DNA from: an uncultured Nitrospiraceae bacterium
GTDB taxonomy: Bacteria > Nitrospirota > Nitrospiria > Nitrospirales > Nitrospiraceae
Direction of reading: 5' to 3'
NCBI GenBank assembly: GCA_963846575.1
Contig: CAWJWJ010000002.1
Location: 1,952,001 to 2,016,000, forward strand
Length of the DNA stretch: 64,000 bases
Made by a program: the position numbers and the translations under genes. Below the pieces are notes generated by a model. The model did not search any database. It saw only the letters and a program-made list of their open reading frames with translations, and was not told the origin of the DNA. Shown here in pieces: positions 1-9,305 of this stretch; position 1 is the stretch's first letter, and each line of letters starts with the position of its first letter.

Positions 1-1003
1 GAGCACGCTCTTTGCCTTCCAGGGCCTCCTGGCATCGCTGCAGGACAGACAGCACCCTGAGCCCTTCTTCCCCATCCGTCCGTGGACGGCGGCGGCTGTG
101 CACACAATCCAGAAAGTGTGCACACTCCTCGCGGAGAGGCTCAGCCTTTTCAAGTTCAACCGGTTGCGCCTCGGCCCGGTTCGCGATCGGAATCTGGCCC
201 TTCCACTGAATCGAGTGCGGATACAAAAGAAGTTTGTCCTTTTTCTCGATGTCATCGAAAACCGCCATCTTGCGATCACCGACAACAATCAACTTCTGTT
301 CTTTGAACGGATGAAGCCAGGACACGAAGATATGGGATTTGACACCGCTGGGGAAGGACAACAGAGTTACCGTGATATCCGCAATCTGTTGGTGGAGGTA
401 ATTGCCTCCCTGCGCCGACACCGTATCCGGCATTTCTCCCAGCAATCCAAGAATGACGGAGACATCGTGCGGGGCGAACGACCAGAGAATGTTCTCCTCA
501 CGACGGATCTTCCCCAAATTGAGCCGGTTCGAGTACACGTACTGAATACGACCCAATTCGCCGCTGTCGATTAACTGCTTCAGTTTCAGTATCGCAGGGT
601 GGTACCAGAGCAGATGGCCGACCATGAGGATTCGGCTCTGCTGTCGAGCCAACGCCACGAGTGACCGGGCTTCATCTTCGATGAGGCAGAGCGGCTTCTC
701 CACCAACACATCCTTCCCCGCGAGAAGCGCTTGCCGCACAAGAGTTCCGTGGGTTTCGGCCGGCGTGGCAATCGACACCGCTCGAACGCTCTCGTCCTGG
801 AGGACGTCCGCAAAGTCGGCCACCGCACGACAACCGGGATATTGGGCTGCCAGGGATTCCCGGACATCTTTATCGGTGTCGCAGATCATCGACAAGGCAC
901 CCAGTTCCGCGAAGTTACGGACAAGATTCTTACCCCAGTACCCGGACCCGATCACTGCAACGCTCGGCCGAATGACAGGTGAGTCGTTCTGCGTGGCCAT
1001 CAT
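1..1003 (-). CDS. Gfo/Idh/MocA family oxidoreductase (WbpB/WlbA-like nucleotide-sugar dehydrogenase), partial, runs off the left edge
   Basis: Not in the ORF track because there is no stop in the window. Read by hand from ATG at 1003: MMATQNDSPVIRPSVAVIGSGYWGKNLVRNF...VLVEKP...MVGHLLWYHP...NRLNLGKIRREENILWSFAPHD. Rossmann GxGxxG and EKP motifs; AGGAAAGG RBS upstream. Confidence 0.9.
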   Translation of the reverse strand, partial: MMATQNDSPVIRPSVAVIGSGYWGKNLVRNFAELGALSMICDTDKDVRESLAAQYPGCRAVADFADVLQDESVRAVSIATPAETHGTLVRQALLAGKDVLVEKPLCLIEDEARSLVALARQQSRILMVGHLLWYHPAILKLKQLIDSGELGRIQYVYSNRLNLGKIRREENILWSFAPHDVSVILGLLGEMPDTVSAQGGNYLHQQIADITVTLLSFPSGVKSHIFVSWLHPFKEQKLIVVGDRKMAVFDDIEKKDKLLLYPHSIQWKGQIPIANRAEAQPVELEKAEPLREECAHFLDCVHSRRRPRTDGEEGLRVLSVLQRCQEALEGKERA

Positions 1004-1352
1004 GGTGCTCAGCCTTTCCTTTGTAGCGGCCGCTCGACCCCGTCGGGGGTAATCTCAAAGCGGCCGATTATCACGTGAGTGTGCGGGAGGTGTGTCGGTT
1101 CTGCCGAATCTGCCCGGTCGAGGCGCATCCCTTGTCGGAGAACGTCACACGAAGTGGATACAGCGGGGGTCGCCGAGTGGGGGCTGAGACGCTATTGTTT
1201 GTGAATCAGCCCAGATAGTGGATATTCAACAACCGGAGGCGATCGAGGGAGGCACAGATGAACCGGAACGGGGTGCCGGCCGTTTGGCGACAAGTTCACG
1301 CATCCGGTGTCCCAAATCACAGCTTGTGTCCTCTTAACGCGTCACTCCGCGA

Positions 1353-2405
1353 TCAACGGGTCGCGTGTCCGGGTGGTACGGAGGGACGAGTGAGCGTGTT
1401 GTAGAATCCGGTCGCCCCACGGCGAAGCAGCACGAAATCGACCATGCCATGAAGGAACCCGATTCCATATCCAAGGTGGTAACAGGCAAAGACCCATGGC
1501 AGTACCGGGAAGTAGCGCCAGCCCTGCCGCGCCGCCACGGTGAGAGAAATGGCAATGGTGCACAGACCATAGGCGACGGAAGTGCTCAACCAGAGCCACC
1601 AGGCCGGCGACCACAGGAGCGCGGCGAGCGGCAGGGCCATCAGCGAAAAGACAAATGCCCCAGGCACATACTGCCGGAGCGACGCGGCCGCCTTCCGTTT
1701 CTGAACGACCCGGACCCGCCAGTACCCATATTGAATGTATTGTTGGAGAAGCGCCTTAAGGTGTCGCCGTGGTTTGTACCAACTTTTAATGCGCGGTGAA
1801 TGCCAGATCCGGCCGCCGGACTGAACCAAGCGGAGGTTGAGTTCGTCGTCTTGATTGCGGACCAACTCTTCGTCGAAGAGCCCGATCCGGTCGAAAACCT
1901 CGCGTCGATAGACGCCTCCGAACACGGTGTCGGCAGGGCCTTCGTATTGCGGATCATGCCATTTGGCTCCGCCGACGCTAAACCCGCTGTGGTGAGCCAG
2001 GGCGATGGCCTCTTGAATGTAGGACTCGCCTGCGCACACCATGCTCCCGCCTACATTATCCGCCTTGGTTTCCTCCAGGACCTGCACACTTTGTCGAAGG
2101 TAATCGGAGGCGTATCGGTTGTGCGCTCCCATGATCGCGATGTACCGTCCCCGTGCGGCCTGAATCCCGAGATTGACGCCGGCGGGCATGGTGCGTTTGT
2201 GATTGGTGATGACCTTCAAGCACGGATATTCCTCCGCCAGCCGAGACAGGACTTCAGCGGTTCCGTCATCGGAAAGCCCATCGGCCACGATCAGTTCGTA
2301 ATCGTCCCCTGGCCTTTCCTGCCCCATTAATGAACGCAGGCAGGCCTCGATGGAGTCTCCTTCATTCCGGCATGGGACGATGACCGTCACCGCACAAGCC
2401 GACAT
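1353..2405 (-). CDS. Glycosyltransferase family 2 (ExoA-like) with C-terminal TM helices
   Basis: VIVPCRNE, ADGLSDDGT, FDEELVRNQDDELNLR, QYIQYGYWR motifs; start moved to MSACAV at 2405 (ORF track 2453). Confidence 0.9.
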   Translation of the reverse strand: MSACAVTVIVPCRNEGDSIEACLRSLMGQERPGDDYELIVADGLSDDGTAEVLSRLAEEYPCLKVITNHKRTMPAGVNLGIQAARGRYIAIMGAHNRYASDYLRQSVQVLEETKADNVGGSMVCAGESYIQEAIALAHHSGFSVGGAKWHDPQYEGPADTVFGGVYRREVFDRIGLFDEELVRNQDDELNLRLVQSGGRIWHSPRIKSWYKPRRHLKALLQQYIQYGYWRVRVVQKRKAAASLRQYVPGAFVFSLMALPLAALLWSPAWWLWLSTSVAYGLCTIAISLTVAARQGWRYFPVLPWVFACYHLGYGIGFLHGMVDFVLLRRGATGFYNTLTRPSVPPGHATR

Positions 2406-2656
2406 GCATACTTCTTCGGTGCTTGTTACTTCAGCCCTCTCACTTGCAGGCATTGGGGGGGTTCCTCATAGAGAGTCTTTTCGGCGGGAGTCTTTTTTCA
2501 GCTTTCTTTTTCTGCATCGAAACTGGCACACTCTGCCTCCCGATCGTCGCGTTCGGGAGGACTCTCTGAAAGTCCTCGCCGGTGCGTCATCTTCCTCCCA
2601 GGCTGTACCGCGTGAGGCAGAGCACCAGGTCAGGGGCTCAACACTTCGAGAATGGC

Positions 2657-2786
2657 TGTCAAATCCTGTAGCGCGCTGCAGGCATTTACCTACAATCGTG
2701 AACCGGGCTCTTTTGGAGATGCCCGAACTAAATCATTGATAATGAAGCTACTTACGGATTTAACCGAAGACGGCATGCATTCTGCT
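2657..2786 (+). promoter_or_regulatory. Sigma54-type promoter with IHF site and candidate upstream activator site
   Basis: -24/-12 element CGGCATGCATTCTGCT at 2771-2786 (GG-N10-GC). Exact IHF consensus WATCAANNNNTTR on the minus strand at 2729-2741 (TATCAATGATTTA). Imperfect inverted repeat at ~2661-2687. Confidence 0.65.
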
Positions 2787-2843
2787 TAGGCACATGACAG
2801 GGGAATGCTCCCCTCGCCGTCCGAGTGATTAGAGGAGGCTACG

Positions 2844-4166
2844 ATGCCATTGATAGGAATGCCTGGAAAAAAACATGCAAAGCTGCTCCTCTGGGGATTG
2901 AGCGTTCTTTTCGCATTCGTTGGCAGTCAGACCGTTCACGCAGCGACCTATTATGTGGCCACGAACGGGAATGACAGCGTCCCCTGTGTGACCGCCACGA
3001 ACACAACTACCCCGAAACGCACAATCAACAATGCGTTGAGTTGCCTCGTTCCTGGCGATACCGTCTATATCAGGGCTGGAACCTATCCGGAATCGATCAG
3101 CAGCAACAGGGGTACCATCCCTGTCGGCACTTCCTGGAATGCACCTGTCACGATCGCCGGCTACCCGGGAGAGACGGTGACGTTGAAACCGGTGGGGGTG
3201 TGCGAGGTCCTCGCCCTTCCTGCCGCATACCTTCAATACATCATCTTCAAGGACATGATCCTGGACGGGAGTGATCTGATCGAATCAGCTGAGGTCTCAT
3301 GCGTAGGCATAGGCCTTCAACCGATGACCCATCACCTAAGATTTCAGAACCTGGAAGTCAAAAACAATCCGTGGAGTGGAATCCTCGGCGGCGGTAGCTA
3401 CCATGAGTTCATCAATCTGAAGGTGCATGACAACGGGGCATGGACACAGATTGCCGGGTATGCGCCGGGAGCCAATGGTGCCTATCTCACCACCAATAAC
3501 AGCGTCATTGATGGCGGCGAATACTTCAATAACCTGTGTTACGGAGTTCGCTTCTATAATAGTTCCGCATCCTCAAAGGCTGATAATAACGTCCTGAAAA
3601 ATGCAAAACTCTATCGAAACGGGCGCGGTGTCGCATTCAATGGAACGGCCCAATGTGGTTCCATGGGGGGAGGAGTGGTGTTAGGCGATAACAATAACTC
3701 CGCCTACAACAATCTGATCTACTCAAATTACTGGGGCCTCACCACATCGACGGAAAAATCAACCGTCGCCCTCATTTTCAATAACACTTTCTATAACAAT
3801 AAATACGGCATCGACATCAGCAGTCAGAGCGTAAATACGCAAGTCAGGAACAATATTCTTTCTGAAAACGGATTCGGCATTCAGAATTACGGCAGCAACA
3901 CGGTCTTCTCAACTAACCTCTGCTCGACCTCGGGGCTAGGCTGTACTCTGATCGGGGACCCTAAGTTCGCCAATCCAGCCGGGCTGGACCTTCGTCCCCA
4001 AACCGGCAGCCCCGCGATCGACGCAGGAACCCAAGTGACGGCGGTACGAGATGACTTTGCACGCATCTTACGGCCCCAAGGGACCCGATATGACATTGGA
4101 GCCTATGAGACGAACGGAACCGATGGTACGGCGCCCTCGCCACCCACGAACGTCCGGCTTCACTAG
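2844..4166 (+). CDS. Secreted right-handed parallel beta-helix protein (pectate-lyase-like fold) with choice-of-anchor-Q-like C-terminal motif
   Basis: Signal peptide ending VHA-A; ATYYVATNGND, PGDTVYIRAGTY; Asn-rich repeats (NNTFYNN, RNNILSEN); C-terminal SPAIDAG...RPQGTRYDIGAYE; AGAGGAGG RBS. Confidence 0.85.
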   Translation: MPLIGMPGKKHAKLLLWGLSVLFAFVGSQTVHAATYYVATNGNDSVPCVTATNTTTPKRTINNALSCLVPGDTVYIRAGTYPESISSNRGTIPVGTSWNAPVTIAGYPGETVTLKPVGVCEVLALPAAYLQYIIFKDMILDGSDLIESAEVSCVGIGLQPMTHHLRFQNLEVKNNPWSGILGGGSYHEFINLKVHDNGAWTQIAGYAPGANGAYLTTNNSVIDGGEYFNNLCYGVRFYNSSASSKADNNVLKNAKLYRNGRGVAFNGTAQCGSMGGGVVLGDNNNSAYNNLIYSNYWGLTTSTEKSTVALIFNNTFYNNKYGIDISSQSVNTQVRNNILSENGFGIQNYGSNTVFSTNLCSTSGLGCTLIGDPKFANPAGLDLRPQTGSPAIDAGTQVTAVRDDFARILRPQGTRYDIGAYETNGTDGTAPSPPTNVRLH

Positions 4167-4225
4167 CATCTGACGCCAGGGCCGCACGCACATCAGGACG
4201 AGTGAGGTGGAAATTGAAGAAGGCG

Positions 4226-5962
4226 TTAATGCCCCGTCTGCGTGAGAGCACTCTGCAATTCCCGATGATATAACTGACCGGGGCTCGTGGGGTCAGGCTG
4301 GAGGATCTTCGCAAATCGGACGACGCCCGCCTTATCAGCTTGAACGTCGCACAGGTGCCACCCGGATTTCTCATAGAAACGACACACTTCCTCCCGGTTG
4401 GCGTAAGCCGACAGAACCAGGGAACGCATCCCAAACTCTCGCGCCTTGGCCTCGAATGCCTGCATTAACCGCTGACCAGCCCCTCTGTTGCGTTCAAGAC
4501 GGGCAACGCCGATGGCCACGAGAGACATGGAAGGCTGTGGAAGGTCTACGGTCGGTCGAGAGATCTGTGAGAGACCCATCTCGCTTGTGACCCGATCCAG
4601 GAACACCGCCCAAAGCTGTCGGTTCAGCAATAGCCAGGGTCGAATCGTGAGTTGAGCGACGACGCCCCAGAATAACTCACGATTCATCTCTTTCGTGTAG
4701 CCCACAGGCGCCCCGAGCGCGTACCCGAGAGTCCTTCGATTGCCATCAATCAACGCCAACGCTATCGCACGTTCGCTGTTCATAAACCACTGAACCAAAT
4801 CTTTGGCATACCCATAGCCTAACAGAGTATTGAGGTAACCCGCGAACGCTTCCAAATGGAGCGTGGCCACCTTTCGCACCATGTCTCCATCCGTGATTGA
4901 CACTACGGAGACCGGCTCAACGCCGACCCCGCTCGCTTCGGGATTATCCTGTGGCCTGGCACCCAGTGCCGTTCGATACACCTCAGCGACATTGCGCGCT
5001 GTGTTCTCAAGGCATAACGGTGCGATGCGCTCTCGCCCATTGCTTCGCGTCCGCGTCAGTAGAACCTGCACAAGGGCGTCCCCTATGGCCTCGGCGTTTC
5101 GTTCGACCACAGCGGACGGATGGACCCCTGCCAGTCTTTCCCGAACATCTCCTACCGGGGTCGAAATCACAGGAAGGTTGCACGCGAGTGCTTCCTTGAC
5201 GACGTTCGGGGAGCCCTCCGAGAGGCTCAGGCATAAGAGAGCGTCTGACGCACGGTAGAGCAGTGGCATCCTGTCGGGCTCGACGTTTTCGATTACGCGC
5301 AATTCGGCCTCGGGAATCCGTACGCGCACGATCTGCATCGCCGCCTTTGCTAAATCCAACCCCTTGGCCGCCGGGTCATCCCGGACGTTCAAGAGAGCAA
5401 CCGGGTGACTTCGCTCCCAGCCTAGTTCCTTGCGTGCGGCTTCTTGCGGGCCCGGGGAGAACAAACCGAGGTCGACTCCATCCGGTATCACCGTTGCCAG
5501 ACTTTTCCGCCACCACAATGCCTGTCTTAACTCCTCGCTCACACAGATCATCCGCTTCGCTCCCAGGGCGGCAAGATTGGAGAGCAAGAAGCCTACGTGT
5601 TGACGCACGAGGGAAACCGACGCACCCGGGAGAAGGTCCCCTCCACAAAACGATATCACTGCAGGCCGACCCGAAAATGCGGCTAAACAACCAACAATCG
5701 TTCCGTACCGTCCGTGCACAATGTCAGGGTTCCATCTTCGAACCAGTCGGCGCAGCTCTAACCACTTTCCCAGGAGGTGGAGCGGTGAGTGACTAAGTCC
5801 AATATCAAACGTGTTGATGGTGAGGCCGGCCGTTTCCAATGAACGAATCTGTCGTTCAACAAAAATTCCGGCCGAGGGTGTCGCCCTTCTTGCTTCCCAA
5901 TGATTGGAAACAATAAGAACGTTAAGCCCCCTCACGGTTGGATCCCTATCAACGGCTTGCAT
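4226..5962 (-). CDS. GT4 glycosyltransferase fused to a C-terminal GNAT N-acetyltransferase domain
   Basis: SEGSPNVVKEALACNLPVIST (GT4 Ex7E). C-terminal LVAIGVARLERNRGAGQRLM...CRFYEKSGW (GNAT acetyl-CoA motif). Start moved to MQAVD at 5962. Confidence 0.85.
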   Translation of the reverse strand: MQAVDRDPTVRGLNVLIVSNHWEARRATPSAGIFVERQIRSLETAGLTINTFDIGLSHSPLHLLGKWLELRRLVRRWNPDIVHGRYGTIVGCLAAFSGRPAVISFCGGDLLPGASVSLVRQHVGFLLSNLAALGAKRMICVSEELRQALWWRKSLATVIPDGVDLGLFSPGPQEAARKELGWERSHPVALLNVRDDPAAKGLDLAKAAMQIVRVRIPEAELRVIENVEPDRMPLLYRASDALLCLSLSEGSPNVVKEALACNLPVISTPVGDVRERLAGVHPSAVVERNAEAIGDALVQVLLTRTRSNGRERIAPLCLENTARNVAEVYRTALGARPQDNPEASGVGVEPVSVVSITDGDMVRKVATLHLEAFAGYLNTLLGYGYAKDLVQWFMNSERAIALALIDGNRRTLGYALGAPVGYTKEMNRELFWGVVAQLTIRPWLLLNRQLWAVFLDRVTSEMGLSQISRPTVDLPQPSMSLVAIGVARLERNRGAGQRLMQAFEAKAREFGMRSLVLSAYANREEVCRFYEKSGWHLCDVQADKAGVVRFAKILQPDPTSPGQLYHRELQSALTQTGH

Positions 5963-7880
5963 GACGCACACCATTGGTTGACCCACTCGGCATAGCCATC
6001 TCATATTCTGACGACCGGACCTCCGTAGACGTTCCCCCCAAGAACTGACGCGCCCAGCGCTCATACATGGTCAGCCGGAACAAGATACTTTCGACGGGCA
6101 GGGAACGATCTCCGGCTTGATACCGCGCTAGAATATGTTTGACTCCTCGAACATCTACCAGTTCGCGAAGGTAGATCGGCTTGCTAAGCGCGTCCTCGAA
6201 CCACGTCGAAAGAGGGCCTGCAAGCCATGCCGGCTCCGGCGTCACGAAACCCAACTTGCTCCTCCGAGTGCGAATACGTTCAGGAAGAATGCCGCGGAGC
6301 GCTTCCCGAAGGATTCGCTTGGTCCACCCGCCTGACAGGCGTAGGGACGATGGAAGTTTCGCCACCCATTCGACGAAGAGATGGTCGACAAAGGGCACTC
6401 GCGACTCAATTCCAAACGCCATCATGTTTCGATCTTCATAGCGCAGCAGAGGAGGCAAACTGAAGCGGGTCAAATCCGCTTCGATACGACTCCCCAGCGA
6501 CGTGCCAATACCCAGGGTGTCCGGTCGATCAGGGAAAGCTCCCTCAGCCCAGAGCACAGCTCCCTCAGGTAACGAGTTATAGAGATACCGTCTTGCGTCA
6601 AAAAACCGGCTGGTACGAATGAGCTCTGGTCTGCAGAAGAACGCAAGAGCTTCGCGAGCAGCCGAGGAGTATGATCCCGTTTTGATGAGTTCGCGCAGAT
6701 ACACCAAGATGAACTTGCGGTACCCAGCCAATTGCTCATCGGCTCCCTGCCCATCAAGGAGTACCTTGATTCCGTTATTCCGCGCCAAACGTGCCACACA
6801 ATATTGCGCATACACGCCGGACCCGCCCACTGGTTCTTCCTGGTGCCAGATCAATCGTTCCATGTCTTCGACAAACTGCTCCCCGCTCGGGAAGACGTAA
6901 TGACTCTGACACTTAATCGCATCAACCACGACCTTCATGTAGGGTCGCTCGTCCAAGCGAGGGTCCTCAAAGCAGGCACTGAACGTATGCAGAGAATTCT
7001 TGTGCCATACTCCCCTTCGATGCAATTCCGAGTTGACTATGCAGGCAATCGATGAAGAGTCGAGCCCGCCGCTCAGACACGTCCCCACAGGAACGTCCGA
7101 TCTGAGATGAAGTGCAACGGTCTCTTCAAACCGGTGACGAAACTCACCGATCAGACTCGCCTCTTGTGCAGGGGAAACCTGGAAATCCTCGCTAACCTTT
7201 AGCTCCCAATAACGCCACGTTTGAAGACCCTCACCCTGCCGCCACAGCAACGCATGCCCGGGAATCAGCCGCTTGATTCCGGAGACCATGGTTTCACCCG
7301 GTTCATGGTCGATCACGTTCCATGCAAGATACTGTTTGGCCAAGGCCGTATTGCCTACCCGCTCAGGGAGAAATTCCAGTAACGCCTTCAACTCGGAAGC
7401 GAATGCCAGTTGCTTCGTACCGTTCACCCAGTAATGAAATGGCTTGATTCCCAGCCGATCCCGTGCCGCGAAGAGGCATTGGGTCCGCTGATCCCAAATG
7501 GCAAACGCAAACATACCCCTGAGGCGTTCCAGACATTTTGCTCCCCAGTGACGATAGGCCGCCAAAAGGACCTCAGTATCGGAGCCCCCATGGAAATGAA
7601 CCCCGAATTCTCGCAATTCTTCCCGTAGCTCTAAGTAGTTATAAATTTCTCCGTTAAAGGTGATCCAAAATCGCCCGTCCTCATCGGCCATTGGTTGGTG
7701 TCCCGCGTCAGTCAAGTCAATGATCGCGAGGCGGCAGTGACCCAGCGAAACGCCCCTACCATCGAAGTACCCTTCTCCATCAGGTCCCCGATGCCGCTGT
7801 AGCGCGACCATTCGCCGTACTGCGCTTCGGGCTGACGTAGACGATGCTCCGTCGTAAAGATATCCGGCTATACCACACAT
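5949..7880 (-). CDS. asnB: Asparagine synthase (glutamine-hydrolysing) family amidotransferase, probably glycan amidation
   Basis: N-terminal MCGIAG, HRGPD, FNGEIYNY, LSGGLDSS, DGQGADE, ESRVPFVD. Confidence 0.93.
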   Translation of the reverse strand: MCGIAGYLYDGASSTSARSAVRRMVALQRHRGPDGEGYFDGRGVSLGHCRLAIIDLTDAGHQPMADEDGRFWITFNGEIYNYLELREELREFGVHFHGGSDTEVLLAAYRHWGAKCLERLRGMFAFAIWDQRTQCLFAARDRLGIKPFHYWVNGTKQLAFASELKALLEFLPERVGNTALAKQYLAWNVIDHEPGETMVSGIKRLIPGHALLWRQGEGLQTWRYWELKVSEDFQVSPAQEASLIGEFRHRFEETVALHLRSDVPVGTCLSGGLDSSSIACIVNSELHRRGVWHKNSLHTFSACFEDPRLDERPYMKVVVDAIKCQSHYVFPSGEQFVEDMERLIWHQEEPVGGSGVYAQYCVARLARNNGIKVLLDGQGADEQLAGYRKFILVYLRELIKTGSYSSAAREALAFFCRPELIRTSRFFDARRYLYNSLPEGAVLWAEGAFPDRPDTLGIGTSLGSRIEADLTRFSLPPLLRYEDRNMMAFGIESRVPFVDHLFVEWVAKLPSSLRLSGGWTKRILREALRGILPERIRTRRSKLGFVTPEPAWLAGPLSTWFEDALSKPIYLRELVDVRGVKHILARYQAGDRSLPVESILFRLTMYERWARQFLGGTSTEVRSSEYEMAMPSGSTNGVRHASR

Positions 7881-8052
7881 ATAGATCGCTGCCCCCTCCT
7901 ACTCAATCGCATTCTGTCCGACTATCAAATCATCGACGTACAGTTGCCACCAGTAGCATCATTACGCTGAGTCCTGGGATCAACCGTTCACACTCGGCTG
8001 GACACAGGATGTCTCTCGTGCGTACGCGCCGGCCAGGCGTACGTGGGCGTTG

Positions 8053-9201
8053 TTATGTTCCCATCCAGCCCGCAGCGCGATAGACATCCAATGTCTGTGT
8101 AACGAGCCGATCCAGTCCGAAATCCAGTTCGGCTTTAGCCCGAGCGATCTGTCCCATGCGCCGACAACGAGCGGGATCAGCCCAAAGCAGTCTGCTTCGT
8201 TCGGCCAAAGCCTCTTCGTCCTTCTGAGGGACTACAAAGCCCGTGCGTCCGTCTTCCACGAGACACGCGATATCCCCGGCCTCCATCGCCACGACAGGAA
8301 TTCCACTCGCCATGGCTTCCATGACGGCATTGGGACAGCCTTCGCTCTCCGAGGTATGAACCAGGAATCTGGCCCCGGCTAGAAATGCCGGCACGTCATG
8401 AGTGGCTCCGATGAACTCAACATTGGCACAAAGGCCCAGATCTCTAACCTGTTGCTCAAGCGAGGATCGAAGGGGGCCATCTCCAGCGATTCGAAATCGA
8501 ATATCCGGCATCCCGGCTTGTTTCAGTGTATGAGCCAGGCAAAGCACTCTATCCCAGCGCTTGACTGGCAAAAGCGACCCGACGCCTGCGACATAGGCTC
8601 GTGTCTTCGAAGTGTCGTCGGCTACCCGGAAACAGTCGAGATCCAGGCCATTGCGCACCACAGAGTAATGGCGCGGCGTGAAAAAGCTATTGTCGCGTCG
8701 GGCCGCTGCTACGCCGGCCGAGCTATTAGAGATATGACACACTGGCCAACGAGCATTGAGTGCGCCCCGAAAGGGACCGCCTGCCTTTTTGATAGCAGCG
8801 AAATCGCATCGCAGAGAGCCGATGGGTACTGCATTGGTGCCCCTGGCTGCGTAATAGGCGGCAAAATTGGTATGGAACCCATACGAATGAATCACTTCAG
8901 GGGCGGCTTTTAAGACTATGGCTCGCAAACGTTGAAGCTTTCTGACCGGGGAACAATCTGCAGGGAACCCATAGATCGGAACTTTACGCGCGGCAATTTC
9001 TCGATAATATTTTTCGTCAGTCTTCAAATTCCATACGACCACCGCAGGCCGGTACGAAAGCTGATCTAACGTGAGGAGAAGGTAATAGAGCTGGCGTTCC
9101 AGCCCCCCGATCCCAAGTTGCCCGACAACATAGAGCAGCCGGCAGGGCGACGGATCAGGACTCACGACACTATTCGAAGAATCTGATGACTGGAGGATCA
9201 T
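8053..9201 (-). CDS. GT4 glycosyltransferase
   Basis: LYVVGQLGIGGLERQ; SESEGCPNAVMEAMASGIPVVA; start moved to MILQS at 9201. Confidence 0.9.
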   Translation of the reverse strand: MILQSSDSSNSVVSPDPSPCRLLYVVGQLGIGGLERQLYYLLLTLDQLSYRPAVVVWNLKTDEKYYREIAARKVPIYGFPADCSPVRKLQRLRAIVLKAAPEVIHSYGFHTNFAAYYAARGTNAVPIGSLRCDFAAIKKAGGPFRGALNARWPVCHISNSSAGVAAARRDNSFFTPRHYSVVRNGLDLDCFRVADDTSKTRAYVAGVGSLLPVKRWDRVLCLAHTLKQAGMPDIRFRIAGDGPLRSSLEQQVRDLGLCANVEFIGATHDVPAFLAGARFLVHTSESEGCPNAVMEAMASGIPVVAMEAGDIACLVEDGRTGFVVPQKDEEALAERSRLLWADPARCRRMGQIARAKAELDFGLDRLVTQTLDVYRAAGWMGT

Positions 9202-9305
9202 TGCAGCCTGTCGAGACGGCTCGCTTAGATGACTTACCGCACTACCCCGTCCTGGGCCGGATCGGTTCCGAAGGATGCACTTGCTAGACTGCAAGCGCGA
9301 CAGTG

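Noticed and set aside
1258..1404. 48-aa plus-strand ORF with a GGAGG RBS
   Set aside because: It overlaps the 3' end of the GT2 gene in antisense and has no recognisable features; probably chance.
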